DNA of 64,000 nucleotides from the IMG/VR virus record IMGVR_UViG_3300033463_000004, positions 96,001-160,000 of that record. One strand, written 5' to 3'. The DNA comes from a virus. Its lineage: Duplodnaviria; Caudoviricetes. How positions within the stretch are numbered: the first letter of the stretch is position 1; the number at the start of each line of letters is the position of its first letter. The notes beneath the pieces were generated by a model. It did no database searches, was not told where the DNA came from, and saw nothing but the letters and a program-made list of their open reading frames with translations. The position numbers and the translations under genes were made by a program. Shown here in pieces: positions 37,762 through 47,280 of this stretch.

Positions 37762-39608
37762 GTAACTTCACAAATTCCCCGTTAGTATCGTATACAAGAA
37801 TTTCTCCTAACAGAAATTCTCCACGTACTGAAGACAAGATCACGAAGATCATTATTCACCATATGGCAGGTGTTGCATCCGTTGAATCATTTGGTGAATT
37901 GGTTGCAAATCCTCAACGTGAGATGTCAGCAAACTATGCAATCGGCAATGATGGACGCATTGGTCTTTACTGTGAAGAAAAAGATAGATGTTGGTGTTCA
38001 TCTTCCAGATGGGCAGACAATCGTGGAATCGCGATTGAAGTATCAAATTCCAAACTCGGTGAACCATGGCCAATATCCAAGAAGGCATGGGATTCTATGA
38101 TCAATCTGTGTGCAGACATCTGTAAACGTAATGGTATTCCAAAGATGACATATACCGGAGACAAAGACGGTGTATTGTGTTTCCATCGTTGGTTTGCTGC
38201 GACAGGTTGTGTTCCGATTGATACTACTGAAGTATTGACACCAACTGGATGGGTTCCGATCCGAGATATCAAAGTTGGTGATGTAATTGCAACTGTGAAT
38301 CCGCGTGATTTTTCAATTAAATTTGATACAGTTGAAAATATGACTCCAGTTCATAAAGACACTGTATTCAAATTGAATGGAATGGATATCACGCGTGAGC
38401 ATCGTGTATTATATACATCAAATGATATCATTGGGTACAAACTTGATGAATATCAAAAGATTTGTAATCAAGCATTCACAGTACCAACTGCTGGAACATA
38501 TGAAACATCCGGAATGGATATCACATCTTCGGAAATGGTATTTCTTCTTGAGATACAACGTGTCGGTTCATATGATGAAAAGAATAAATATATCGAATTC
38601 CATTATATATCCGAACAGAAAGTTGGATATATGGATGGTCTCTTGAAGAATCTTGGATACAAATATGCAAGAGAACAAGAAGATCTGGGTCCTGTGAAAT
38701 TCACAATTACAGATCCTCGTGCATGGTCGCTTTGTAAAACTTATCTGTCTGGAATAGATTTCAACTGGAAATGGTTGAAGATGAATCCAACACAATTCTC
38801 ATACTTTATTTACAAAGCAACATCGCATGTCGATACTGGTTGGACACGCCGTTATGTGTCTGAATCTATTGTAAACATTGACATCGTTCAAGCATTGTGT
38901 GCTCTGAATGAACGGGGATCTCATTACATTCCTGAGGAAAATGCGTTGTATGTCAACGATGCATATAGAATGATTCACACTCATAATGTGAAAACACAAG
39001 AAGATGTTGATGTTGCTTGTGTCACTGTGAAAAGCGGATGCTTCCTGATGCGTCAATGTGGTACAACAACATTGACAGGCAACTGTCCTGGTGAATATAT
39101 TTATTCTCGAGCACAACAGATCTGTGATGAAGTCAATGCAAAGCTTGCTAAGATGAAAGATGATGCAAAACCTGAACCTGTTGTTGAACCCCAGAAACCT
39201 GCAGATGAGGTAAAACCATCACCATCAACAGCAATTGTTCCATATCTGAAAAGAATTGAACAAGGTACACGTGTGTACAACATTGATACATTAACTTCAG
39301 GACGAGTTGTTCCGATGACATCAGTATACACGATAGTCGAGGAAAGAATTGTCAATGGTACAAAATATGGAAAAATGAAGTCTGGTATTGGTTGGATTAT
39401 ACTCGAAACCAATATTGCAACCAGTAATCAGTTTTTCCCTGGTGATACTGTAGCACCTATTCAACCGATAACATATGATGGAAAAGCATTTGTTATCTAT
39501 GAGAAATCATATAAAGTTCTTCGAGTGAATGGAGATCGTGTCGTAATCTCTTCTGATGGTGTGAATGTCACTGCTGCCGTCAGAGCTTCTAATTTAATGA
39601 AACTTTAA
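37758..39608 (+). CDS. N-acetylmuramoyl-L-alanine amidase (Amidase_2) endolysin interrupted by an intein
   Basis: IIIHHMAG, SANY.IG.DG.I, IAIEVSN, HRWF..TG|CPG amidase motifs; C-terminal SH3-like YTIVEE...YGKMKSGIGWI cell-wall-binding region. Confidence 0.88.
   Translation: MSNFTNSPLVSYTRISPNRNSPRTEDKITKIIIHHMAGVASVESFGELVANPQREMSANYAIGNDGRIGLYCEEKDRCWCSSSRWADNRGIAIEVSNSKLGEPWPISKKAWDSMINLCADICKRNGIPKMTYTGDKDGVLCFHRWFAATGCVPIDTTEVLTPTGWVPIRDIKVGDVIATVNPRDFSIKFDTVENMTPVHKDTVFKLNGMDITREHRVLYTSNDIIGYKLDEYQKICNQAFTVPTAGTYETSGMDITSSEMVFLLEIQRVGSYDEKNKYIEFHYISEQKVGYMDGLLKNLGYKYAREQEDLGPVKFTITDPRAWSLCKTYLSGIDFNWKWLKMNPTQFSYFIYKATSHVDTGWTRRYVSESIVNIDIVQALCALNERGSHYIPEENALYVNDAYRMIHTHNVKTQEDVDVACVTVKSGCFLMRQCGTTTLTGNCPGEYIYSRAQQICDEVNAKLAKMKDDAKPEPVVEPQKPADEVKPSPSTAIVPYLKRIEQGTRVYNIDTLTSGRVVPMTSVYTIVEERIVNGTKYGKMKSGIGWIILETNIATSNQFFPGDTVAPIQPITYDGKAFVIYEKSYKVLRVNGDRVVISSDGVNVTAAVRASNLMKL
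38208..39083 (+). mobile_element. Intein (292 aa) with degenerate LAGLIDADG-type endonuclease region
   Basis: Block A CVPIDTTEVLTPTGW.PI..IKVGD; block B ITREHRV; blocks F/G VACVTV.SG.F....GN followed by +1 Cys; removal restores FAATGCPG. Confidence 0.88.
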
Positions 39609-39613
39609 CAAAA

Positions 39614-39645
39614 AAAATGAGTGGGGCAAATGCCCCACTCATTTT
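39614..39645. terminator. Bidirectional terminator
   Basis: AAAATGAGTGGGGC-aaat-GCCCCACTCATTTT between convergent genes. Confidence 0.85.
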
Positions 39646-39922
39646 AATTCTTATATGACAATTCTGTCACGTCACCATCTTTGATGACGCGAATTGTAAT
39701 ATGACACATTCCGTTTGAAGAATGATCAAACATAGTATACCATCCGATGAGAATGGTATCCATTTCATCATGATCGACAGCCATTGTTCGACCGCCATGG
39801 GTATATATCCATATACCCTCACACAACTCCAGTACTTCTGTATCTGTACCGTACTGGAAAGAAATTTTGTCACCCGGGATTGTAAAAGTGCATCCCAGGA
39901 TGACTACCGGAATTTTTTCCAT
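39644..39922 (-). CDS. Small hypothetical protein (probable early gene)
   Basis: Start MEKIP at 39922 with RBS AAAGGAG; preceded by the early motif. Confidence 0.65.
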   Translation of the reverse strand: MEKIPVVILGCTFTIPGDKISFQYGTDTEVLELCEGIWIYTHGGRTMAVDHDEMDTILIGWYTMFDHSSNGMCHITIRVIKDGDVTELSYKN

Positions 39923-39965
39923 ATTAGTCTTCTCCTTTCTATATTGAGACATTTGAATGTCTCTT

Positions 39966-39990
39966 TATTCCATAAGAATAATATACATAT
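39966..39990 (-). promoter_or_regulatory. Candidate early promoter ATATGTATATTATT-N6-GAATA
   Basis: Exact copy of the 14-mer on the minus strand; a variant ATACACATATTATT at 40018-40031 points the other way, toward the polymerase gene. Confidence 0.6.
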
Positions 39991-40103
39991 GAAATCTGTG
40001 AAAATATTCCTATTTACATACACATATTATTTGCTCGATGAGCCCGGGACTATCTAACAATCCAATTTGGGTTTATCAGAAATAAGAAAGTGAGGAATTA
40101 TTC

Positions 40104-41936
40104 ATGGCTGAAATGATAAGATCGAATCCACCGAAACCATTGACATATTCGGCGGATTCAGTGTTATTTGATGTTCGGTATTATCGTCAATCCGGACAAA
40201 ATAAAGAATGCTTTGAAGTCATCACATGGAATCCAATTACACGTCAATTGGAAGTAAATTATGAAGAACCAATTATTGATATCTGGTTTTTGAAACCGGA
40301 ATTCAGGAATAATACATATCAGATTGCTCAAGTTAATATGGATTTATGTTATCCATTCTACTGTAAGCCATCACAAATCGCCCGAGTCATTGCACAAGAA
40401 ATTGGTGGTGATTGGGCAGATTGGTATAATACATATAAAGATCAATATGAGAAAAATGATATTACACGTCATATGTGTGAATGTCCATGGGTATTTACAG
40501 CAGACTTTGAACCAACGGTATATTTCAGATTAAGATGGTTTGAGCAATATGGAAAAACAATTGACTTGACAAAAGTATCTACAGCACAACTTGATATTGA
40601 GACTGATGTTATTGATAGACCAGCTGATCCGAAAGATATTAACAATTCTCCGAATCCGATCAATGCGGTCTCATTGATTCTTCCACATGTTAAGATTGCT
40701 GTATTGTTTGCATTGGGTCCACGTCCACGACATAAGATTGATCAAAAGTTCTGGCCATATCTTGAAATGCAAGAAAAAGAATATGAATGGTTAATTAATC
40801 ATCAAAATGAATTCAAACGAATGATGTTAGAAGATGATGAAGATAACAAGAAATGGTTGGAAGGATTTGATATCCGTTTACATATATATGAATATGATGA
40901 TGAAATAAAATTGATCAAAACTGTATTTGATTATATCAATAAATATAGACCGATGTTCTTAGAATCATGGAATGCAAAGTTTGACCATCCGAAGATGTGG
41001 CATCGAATTGAATATCTTGGGTATGATCCGAAAGACATCATGATTCCAAAGGATTTTAAGACAGGTCGTATTTATTATCAAGAAGATCAATCTGGTAACT
41101 TCCAAATGAAGAATTCTCGAGATTGGTTTCATACATCGACATATTCTGTGTATATATGTCAAATGAGATTGTTCGCGGCAATACGTAAATCACAACAAGA
41201 ACGTAGATCATATGCATTGAATTCTGTTGGTAAGGATATGTGTGGTATTGTAAAATTAACAGATTCTAAAAGTGGTTCTTTCCGTACGTTTGCATATACA
41301 GATTACATCAAATTCTTGTTATATAACTTTCGTGATACTGTTGTTCAATATGCAATTGAACATACGACAAATGATTGTCGTACATTGGTTTCACGTTCAT
41401 TCAATTTTGCGACGATATATCCAAAGTGTTTCCAAGAAACTCATATCGTTCGTAATGCACGTGAATATTATTATCGCAAATTTTCAAATACAACACAAGC
41501 GTGTAGATTATTGGTCGATAAAGATCGAGATACTTCATTCAAAGGTGCATTTGTTGCACCGCCAGAAAAGAATGCACCAACTGGATTATTGTTAAATGGT
41601 AAGAATCATAATAACATCATATTCGGTGCATTGGATGCGGATGCTGCATCATATTACCCATCAACAAAGATGGGTATGAATATGGATCCAATGTCATTGT
41701 TGTACAAATGCATCATATCAAATGACAATTTCCAAAATGGCAATTGTATGAATCATTCATTATGTCAAGAATACATTTGGAAAGATTCTAAGAATAATCC
41801 ACATCCAGAAGATATGGCTGGACCGATTATCAATGCATTTAAGAATAAGAATGTTTGTTCATTAATGAATAACTGGTTTGCTTTACCAACCATGACCGAA
41901 TACTTTGAGTATTTGGATATGTGCGATACAAAATAA
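40104..41936 (+). CDS. Family B DNA polymerase fragment (3'-5' exonuclease plus motif A; split enzyme)
   Basis: Exo I LDIETD, Exo II SWNAKFD, Exo III YNFRDT, FKGAFV..P and DADAASYYPS; motifs B and C absent. Confidence 0.8.
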   Translation: MAEMIRSNPPKPLTYSADSVLFDVRYYRQSGQNKECFEVITWNPITRQLEVNYEEPIIDIWFLKPEFRNNTYQIAQVNMDLCYPFYCKPSQIARVIAQEIGGDWADWYNTYKDQYEKNDITRHMCECPWVFTADFEPTVYFRLRWFEQYGKTIDLTKVSTAQLDIETDVIDRPADPKDINNSPNPINAVSLILPHVKIAVLFALGPRPRHKIDQKFWPYLEMQEKEYEWLINHQNEFKRMMLEDDEDNKKWLEGFDIRLHIYEYDDEIKLIKTVFDYINKYRPMFLESWNAKFDHPKMWHRIEYLGYDPKDIMIPKDFKTGRIYYQEDQSGNFQMKNSRDWFHTSTYSVYICQMRLFAAIRKSQQERRSYALNSVGKDMCGIVKLTDSKSGSFRTFAYTDYIKFLLYNFRDTVVQYAIEHTTNDCRTLVSRSFNFATIYPKCFQETHIVRNAREYYYRKFSNTTQACRLLVDKDRDTSFKGAFVAPPEKNAPTGLLLNGKNHNNIIFGALDADAASYYPSTKMGMNMDPMSLLYKCIISNDNFQNGNCMNHSLCQEYIWKDSKNNPHPEDMAGPIINAFKNKNVCSLMNNWFALPTMTEYFEYLDMCDTK

Positions 41937-41956
41937 AGAAAGAAGGATTGTATATC

Positions 41957-44233
41957 ATGGCAGAAGAATTTTATGATGATGACATTCAAAGTGTTGACTT
42001 GAATGAAGTTTCTAAGAAGTACATGTCATTATATGGCATGAACATTATATTGCAACGCGCAATTCCAATGTTGACCGATGGATTGAAGCCAATCCACCGA
42101 AGAATTATATGGGCGATCAAACGTGCATCGAATGGAAGTCCAATGAAAGTTGCAGAGATTCAAGGTGACACTATGAAGTTTTCTCCACATAGTGAATTGG
42201 GTACACGTTTCATTGTTGCAGGTTTAGCACAACCGTTTGCGAATAATGTTCCGTTGTTGGCATCGTCTTCTGGTTATGGCACCCCAACATGTGGTGATGA
42301 TGTTGCTGCCGCAAGATATTGGAGTGCTGGAATATCAAAATTTGCAATGGAAGTATTTTTCTCTGAATTTGACCCAAACGTAAACATGAAAGACAACTAT
42401 GATGGCAAATATAAAGAACCTATTACATTTCCTGCAAAGTTTCCGACGATTCTATTGAACGGATCTCATGGTATCGCATACTCAATGTCATCTGATATTC
42501 TTCCATATAATATCAATGAAGTTGCAGATGCAACAATTAAACTTCTGAAGAATCCTGATGCAAAAGTTCATTTGATTCCAGATTCACCGACATGGTGTGA
42601 TGTTATCAAACGTGATGATACGACGTTTGTATTCCAATCGTCATATGATGTTGATAATATCAATTATAAAATTATCATTATGAATACACCACCTGGTGAA
42701 TATTTACAAGACATTGATAAGAAACTCCGTGAAATACAGGATTCGCCAAATCCGATTAAGGAAATCATATCTGCTGATAATGAATCGGATTTGGCAGAAG
42801 GTGTATTCAAATATGTGATTCGGTGCAAGCCGTGTAATTTGTATCAAGTTATCAATACATTATTCCGTCGCGTACCCGGATTCCGTATTACAGTATCTAC
42901 ACGCAATTGTAGTGTTGTTGATGCTTCTTTGCAAACACGGTATTACAATGAACGGCAAATTCTGTTATCATGGATTAAGAATCGTTTAACTGAAAAACGT
43001 GCATGGTTCTTGAGAAAGTTAGTTGATGCTTCGACGGAATATAACATGTTAGAAGGTAAACGATTTATGTTATCTCCAGAGAATTTACAGAAGACAATTA
43101 AAGCATTCCGTGGCTGTGAAGAAGAATCCGAAATCATTCAAAAGTTGGTTGACACATATAAGGGAAAAGTCACAACATCACAAGCAAATTATGTTTCCGG
43201 AATGAAACTTGCAAAATTAACAAACGGCGAATACAAACGAACTGTTGAACGAATGGATGTCGTCTCAGAAGAAATCAAACGATTGAAGACAATTGTAAAT
43301 GATCCAGATTGTATCCGTGATGAAATCATAAATGACATAAAAAATATTCGAACAAACTTTGGACATCCTAGACGTTCAAAGATTCTGAACAATCAGAATG
43401 GTGATAATGTCAATATCGGTATCTGTCAAATATTAACGGATGGGACTGTTGTATTTTCTGAGACAGAAAATCCAAATCATTTTGCATCTGATGTAACTCC
43501 AATTGATGGTGACGAAGTTTGTCTGATCGATCAATATGGTAAATCATTATGGGTGAATGTAAATCAAGTTCCACATGATAAACCGATTACTTTAACATCG
43601 ATCGGGAAAGAACCAATGAGTGCGTGCATTGCAGTTGTTCCCAGATCGTCTAGGTCAATCGTGATGCTGTCAAATAAAGGACGTATCAAATTGATGCCAA
43701 TCGAAAAGATTCCTTCTAATCAGTCACGTAAAGCATTGATTCCTTTAAATGATGATGAACATCTTGTGACAATTCTGAATGTAGATCAATCCTCTGAGGA
43801 TTTACTCGTTTATACTTCTGACGGTTACGGGAAGCGTTTTTCTGTCGCTGATTTAAATTCTGTGAATTCGCCTGATGCACAAGGACAGTTCATTGTCAAA
43901 GGATACGACGTTGCTGGAGTCTTCGCAATAAGCTCCAGTAAGCCGTATATTTTCTATGCTACCCGACTGGGAAGAGTTCGTTTGAATAATGCTCGATTCC
44001 TTGTATCCGGAAAGAAGTTTGGCGGTTTGAAACCAATCATCAAGCTTTCCCCACAAGATGATTTAGTATCTGTTTTCTGTGCAGACAAAGATCAATCTGT
44101 TACATTATATCATGCAGATGGACGAGCTTCTACCGTTAATATCGATTCATTGGCAGTTGTCACGATGAACACACCTCCGGCCAAACCAAAACATGTTCCC
44201 GCAGTAAAAGTAATCCGAGCAACATTATCGTGA
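41957..44233 (+). CDS. gyrA: Type IIA topoisomerase subunit A (GyrA/ParC-like)
   Basis: RAIP...DGLKPIHRRI, SPH, AAARY (catalytic Tyr), P.ILLNG..GIA; C-terminal beta-pinwheel repeats; start MAEEF at 41957. Confidence 0.85.
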   Translation: MAEEFYDDDIQSVDLNEVSKKYMSLYGMNIILQRAIPMLTDGLKPIHRRIIWAIKRASNGSPMKVAEIQGDTMKFSPHSELGTRFIVAGLAQPFANNVPLLASSSGYGTPTCGDDVAAARYWSAGISKFAMEVFFSEFDPNVNMKDNYDGKYKEPITFPAKFPTILLNGSHGIAYSMSSDILPYNINEVADATIKLLKNPDAKVHLIPDSPTWCDVIKRDDTTFVFQSSYDVDNINYKIIIMNTPPGEYLQDIDKKLREIQDSPNPIKEIISADNESDLAEGVFKYVIRCKPCNLYQVINTLFRRVPGFRITVSTRNCSVVDASLQTRYYNERQILLSWIKNRLTEKRAWFLRKLVDASTEYNMLEGKRFMLSPENLQKTIKAFRGCEEESEIIQKLVDTYKGKVTTSQANYVSGMKLAKLTNGEYKRTVERMDVVSEEIKRLKTIVNDPDCIRDEIINDIKNIRTNFGHPRRSKILNNQNGDNVNIGICQILTDGTVVFSETENPNHFASDVTPIDGDEVCLIDQYGKSLWVNVNQVPHDKPITLTSIGKEPMSACIAVVPRSSRSIVMLSNKGRIKLMPIEKIPSNQSRKALIPLNDDEHLVTILNVDQSSEDLLVYTSDGYGKRFSVADLNSVNSPDAQGQFIVKGYDVAGVFAISSSKPYIFYATRLGRVRLNNARFLVSGKKFGGLKPIIKLSPQDDLVSVFCADKDQSVTLYHADGRASTVNIDSLAVVTMNTPPAKPKHVPAVKVIRATLS

Positions 44234-44248
44234 AAGGAATGACCAAAG

Positions 44249-44467
44249 ATGTTTAAGAAATTATTCAAAAAGAAGAAAGTATCATCATTGGCAGAAATTA
44301 GAGAGAAAGACGGTCATAAGGTATTGACAAAAACTGAAGATTTCCGTTTATATGTGATACGTGATAATTCTGATGAAATACTCGGGACGATTCTATTGAC
44401 TGAAGGACAACAAAATGTGTTGAATAAGTCAATTAATGATCAAGGAATTCATTTCACAAGGAAGTGA
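44249..44467 (+). CDS. Small hypothetical protein
   Basis: 72 aa, RBS AAAGGA, fills the gap in a co-directional operon. Confidence 0.6.
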   Translation: MFKKLFKKKKVSSLAEIREKDGHKVLTKTEDFRLYVIRDNSDEILGTILLTEGQQNVLNKSINDQGIHFTRK

Positions 44468-44472
44468 TGTAA

Positions 44473-46005
44473 TTGTCATTTAAAGTGACAATTCGTGCGA
44501 CGTCGATAACGGTGCGACCGGGAATAGAAGCGATGGTCCCGTTAGCACCGTTATTGGCAATGCATGAGTATGAAGACGAATACCAAGATACTACCGCAGT
44601 TCTTGGATATATGCTTGACGAAGAGCATGACGTTTTGTATCTTCATAAAGGTGTCGATATAGAATATCTTCGTCGATTATTGAAAGATATTGAATTCGAA
44701 TATGACAGATTCGATGAATATAAACAAATGAATTATGAATTCGAAGAAGCTTTTTCTCCACGTGATGAAGATCAGCAAGATGTGATAGACTTTATATCAG
44801 GAAAACCTCCATATCGTGATTCAATAAATGAATCGCAGATATTTGTTGTTAAGAAAGGTGGATTCGGCAAGACATATTGTTCTGGATATGCTTTAGGTGT
44901 TTTAGGTATGAAAACATTGATTATCATGCATCGTGATGCACTTCGAACACAATGGGTGAAATCATTGTACGATTTGAATGGATACCCCTCATCTGCAGTG
45001 TATGAACTAACATCTTCCGAAGAACTAGAAGCAATTGCTCATGGACAAATAAAGCTTGATTATGATGTGTATCTCATGACACATGCAACATTCCAAGCTG
45101 CATGTAATCGAATCCGTGATTGTGAGCTGATTCATAATATAACGAAAAATCTAAACATCGGTTTCAAGATTATTGATGAAGCACATTTATATTTCAAAGA
45201 TACATTATTGATGGATTTTCTGTTTAATGTAAAACGAAACTTGTATTTGACAGCAACAGATGGTAGATCATCAAAGGATGAAAATGCAATTTTCAGACAT
45301 GTCTTTTCCAAATCTGTGTTTTACAGAAAAGCTTCTACGTCTGAAACAGAAAAACACCCAGACAAATGGGTTGAATATATAACAGTAGACATCAATACAC
45401 ACTGCAAACCAAACATTTACAAATATCGAGTAAATGGTGGTCGTGGTATGTCTGCGGTCACATATGGAAAATGGGTTATCCAATATGATAAAAAACAAAC
45501 CCATTTCAAAGTATGCCGTGATATCATAAAAGAAATCTATGCGAATGAATCATCAGCCAAAGTTATTGTATTTATGCCATTGATTGATTTATGTACCGAT
45601 TGTGCATATTTCTTAAATATGGAATTAAACAATGATGAATCGTTTGAATATTCACTTGACATCAAAACAGTTAATTCACATAATTCAAAATCGGATAATG
45701 AATATAACAAACATCATGCTGACATCATTGTCACAACTGTACAATCGCTCGGAACTGGTTCGGACATTAAAGGTATTACCGATATCATAAATTGTTCACC
45801 AATCGTTTCGAAAATTGTTGTGCAGCAAGTTATGTGGCGTATTCGTTATATTCCAAAACCATGTCATTACTATGACATTGTTGATATATCCGTACCAATG
45901 GATCGTCATTGGTGGAATTCTCGTAAGAAAACATTGAAAGCAATGTGTACAAAATATTCACACATTTCATGGACTGACGAGGAGGAAGAAAATGACTCCA
46001 ATTAA
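44473..46005 (+). CDS. Superfamily 2 (DEAH, UvsW/XPB-like) helicase
   Basis: GGFGKT (motif I), IIDEAH (II), LTAT (III), LGTGSDI (V), QQVMWRIR (VI-like). Confidence 0.82.
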   Translation: MSFKVTIRATSITVRPGIEAMVPLAPLLAMHEYEDEYQDTTAVLGYMLDEEHDVLYLHKGVDIEYLRRLLKDIEFEYDRFDEYKQMNYEFEEAFSPRDEDQQDVIDFISGKPPYRDSINESQIFVVKKGGFGKTYCSGYALGVLGMKTLIIMHRDALRTQWVKSLYDLNGYPSSAVYELTSSEELEAIAHGQIKLDYDVYLMTHATFQAACNRIRDCELIHNITKNLNIGFKIIDEAHLYFKDTLLMDFLFNVKRNLYLTATDGRSSKDENAIFRHVFSKSVFYRKASTSETEKHPDKWVEYITVDINTHCKPNIYKYRVNGGRGMSAVTYGKWVIQYDKKQTHFKVCRDIIKEIYANESSAKVIVFMPLIDLCTDCAYFLNMELNNDESFEYSLDIKTVNSHNSKSDNEYNKHHADIIVTTVQSLGTGSDIKGITDIINCSPIVSKIVVQQVMWRIRYIPKPCHYYDIVDISVPMDRHWWNSRKKTLKAMCTKYSHISWTDEEEENDSN

Positions 46006-46360
46006 AACAATAACCGAATTGTTACATCGATCTTATACGCGATCTCAAATCCATATATTTATAATGGGAATTCCATTGTTATTGTATTTCATTCTAACGC
46101 ATGTTGATAGCTTAACTAATCTACAACGGTTCTTAATTGTAATAATTACATATCGAATTCTATGGAGAATCGTTTCATATATCGATCGCAAATATTGTGA
46201 TCGATTAATAAAGCTTTATAACAAAATGCGTGAAGAAGAAAATCATGAATTTGCAACACTTATCATCGATGGTAAATTATATACGGATAATCGTATTATG
46301 GATATCATCGAAGAAATGGGTAAAATCATGATTGAACACGAGCAAACAAAAAGTGATTAA
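45992..46360 (+). CDS. Hypothetical membrane protein
   Basis: Two hydrophobic segments; RBS GAGGAGG; overlaps the helicase stop. Confidence 0.6.
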   Translation: MTPIKTITELLHRSYTRSQIHIFIMGIPLLLYFILTHVDSLTNLQRFLIVIITYRILWRIVSYIDRKYCDRLIKLYNKMREEENHEFATLIIDGKLYTDNRIMDIIEEMGKIMIEHEQTKSD

Positions 46361-46391
46361 TATGGAGGGGCAAAGCCCCTCCATATTAATC
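46355..46391. terminator. Bidirectional terminator
   Basis: GATTAATATGGAGGGGC-aaa-GCCCCTCCATATTAATC between convergent genes. Confidence 0.85.
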
Positions 46392-46886
46392 TTATTCAGT
46401 TTCTTCTTTGTCGGTGTCTTTTGGAAATACATTCGGTGGGTCTGTATGTGACGGGAACTCAATAGAAGGATCAAGATCTTGAAGAGTTTTTTCAAGCCAG
46501 TCACGATAACGTTTATCATCACCGGTAACCCAGTTCATCAATGATGTAAGCTTCTGTTTCAAATCGTCAACACTTGATTTCAACGATGTTGATTCAGCAT
46601 GAAGCTTTTCATTTGATTCACGAAGTTCTTTGATCTCTTCTTTGAGTTCATCAATGGTTGCCTTGGCGGTATCTTTAAACTCATTGAATTGAGCCTTTGT
46701 CTCTTCATTGAGTTCCTTAAAAGATTTCTTGATATATTCCATCTCAGTCTCTTCGTTCTGTACACGAATAGAGTCTGCTTCAGCTTTGAATTTCTTTCGG
46801 GATAATACTGTCGTCAAGATGGATGTGATACCACCACCGCCAAGTGCACTGACAATTGCAATGACTACATCTGAAGTGTCCATCAT
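46392..46886 (-). CDS. Membrane-anchored coiled-coil protein (possible lysis accessory)
   Basis: N-terminal TM VVIAIVSALGGGGITSILTTVL followed by basic residues and a coiled coil; close to the holin. Confidence 0.55.
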   Translation of the reverse strand: MMDTSDVVIAIVSALGGGGITSILTTVLSRKKFKAEADSIRVQNEETEMEYIKKSFKELNEETKAQFNEFKDTAKATIDELKEEIKELRESNEKLHAESTSLKSSVDDLKQKLTSLMNWVTGDDKRYRDWLEKTLQDLDPSIEFPSHTDPPNVFPKDTDKEETE

Positions 46887-47016
46887 ATTTACCTCATTTC
46901 TATTTTAAATTGGTGGATAATGGTAAGATATACTTACTTACATTTGAGTCCGGGTTACACAAAATCGGTAACATATCAAAAATGATATGTAATTTTATTT
47001 ACATTGGAGGGTATCA

Positions 47017-47241
47017 ATGAAAAAAGGAACTATAATCAAACGTATTGTTATTTCAAATGATGGTAAAATAACGGCATATGCAGCTGTCCGAAATGGTGAA
47101 GAGTTTGTTTTACCGTTGACACGATCACAACGTAATGTATTCAGTCGATGGGGCAAAAAAGATTTCTTTGATGCCGTCCGTTCTGAATTTGGTATCGACT
47201 CAATTATTGATGAAAATACTTTTAAAATGGAAAAGAATTAA
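47017..47241 (+). CDS. Small hypothetical protein
   Basis: 74 aa, RBS GGAGGG. Confidence 0.6.
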   Translation: MKKGTIIKRIVISNDGKITAYAAVRNGEEFVLPLTRSQRNVFSRWGKKDFFDAVRSEFGIDSIIDENTFKMEKN

Positions 47242-47245
47242 TTGA

Positions 47246-47272
47246 TTGGAGGGGAGATAAACTCCCCTCCAA
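47246..47272. terminator. Bidirectional terminator
   Basis: TTGGAGGGGAG-ataaa-CTCCCCTCCAA. Confidence 0.8.
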
Positions 47273-47280
47273 ACTCAATA

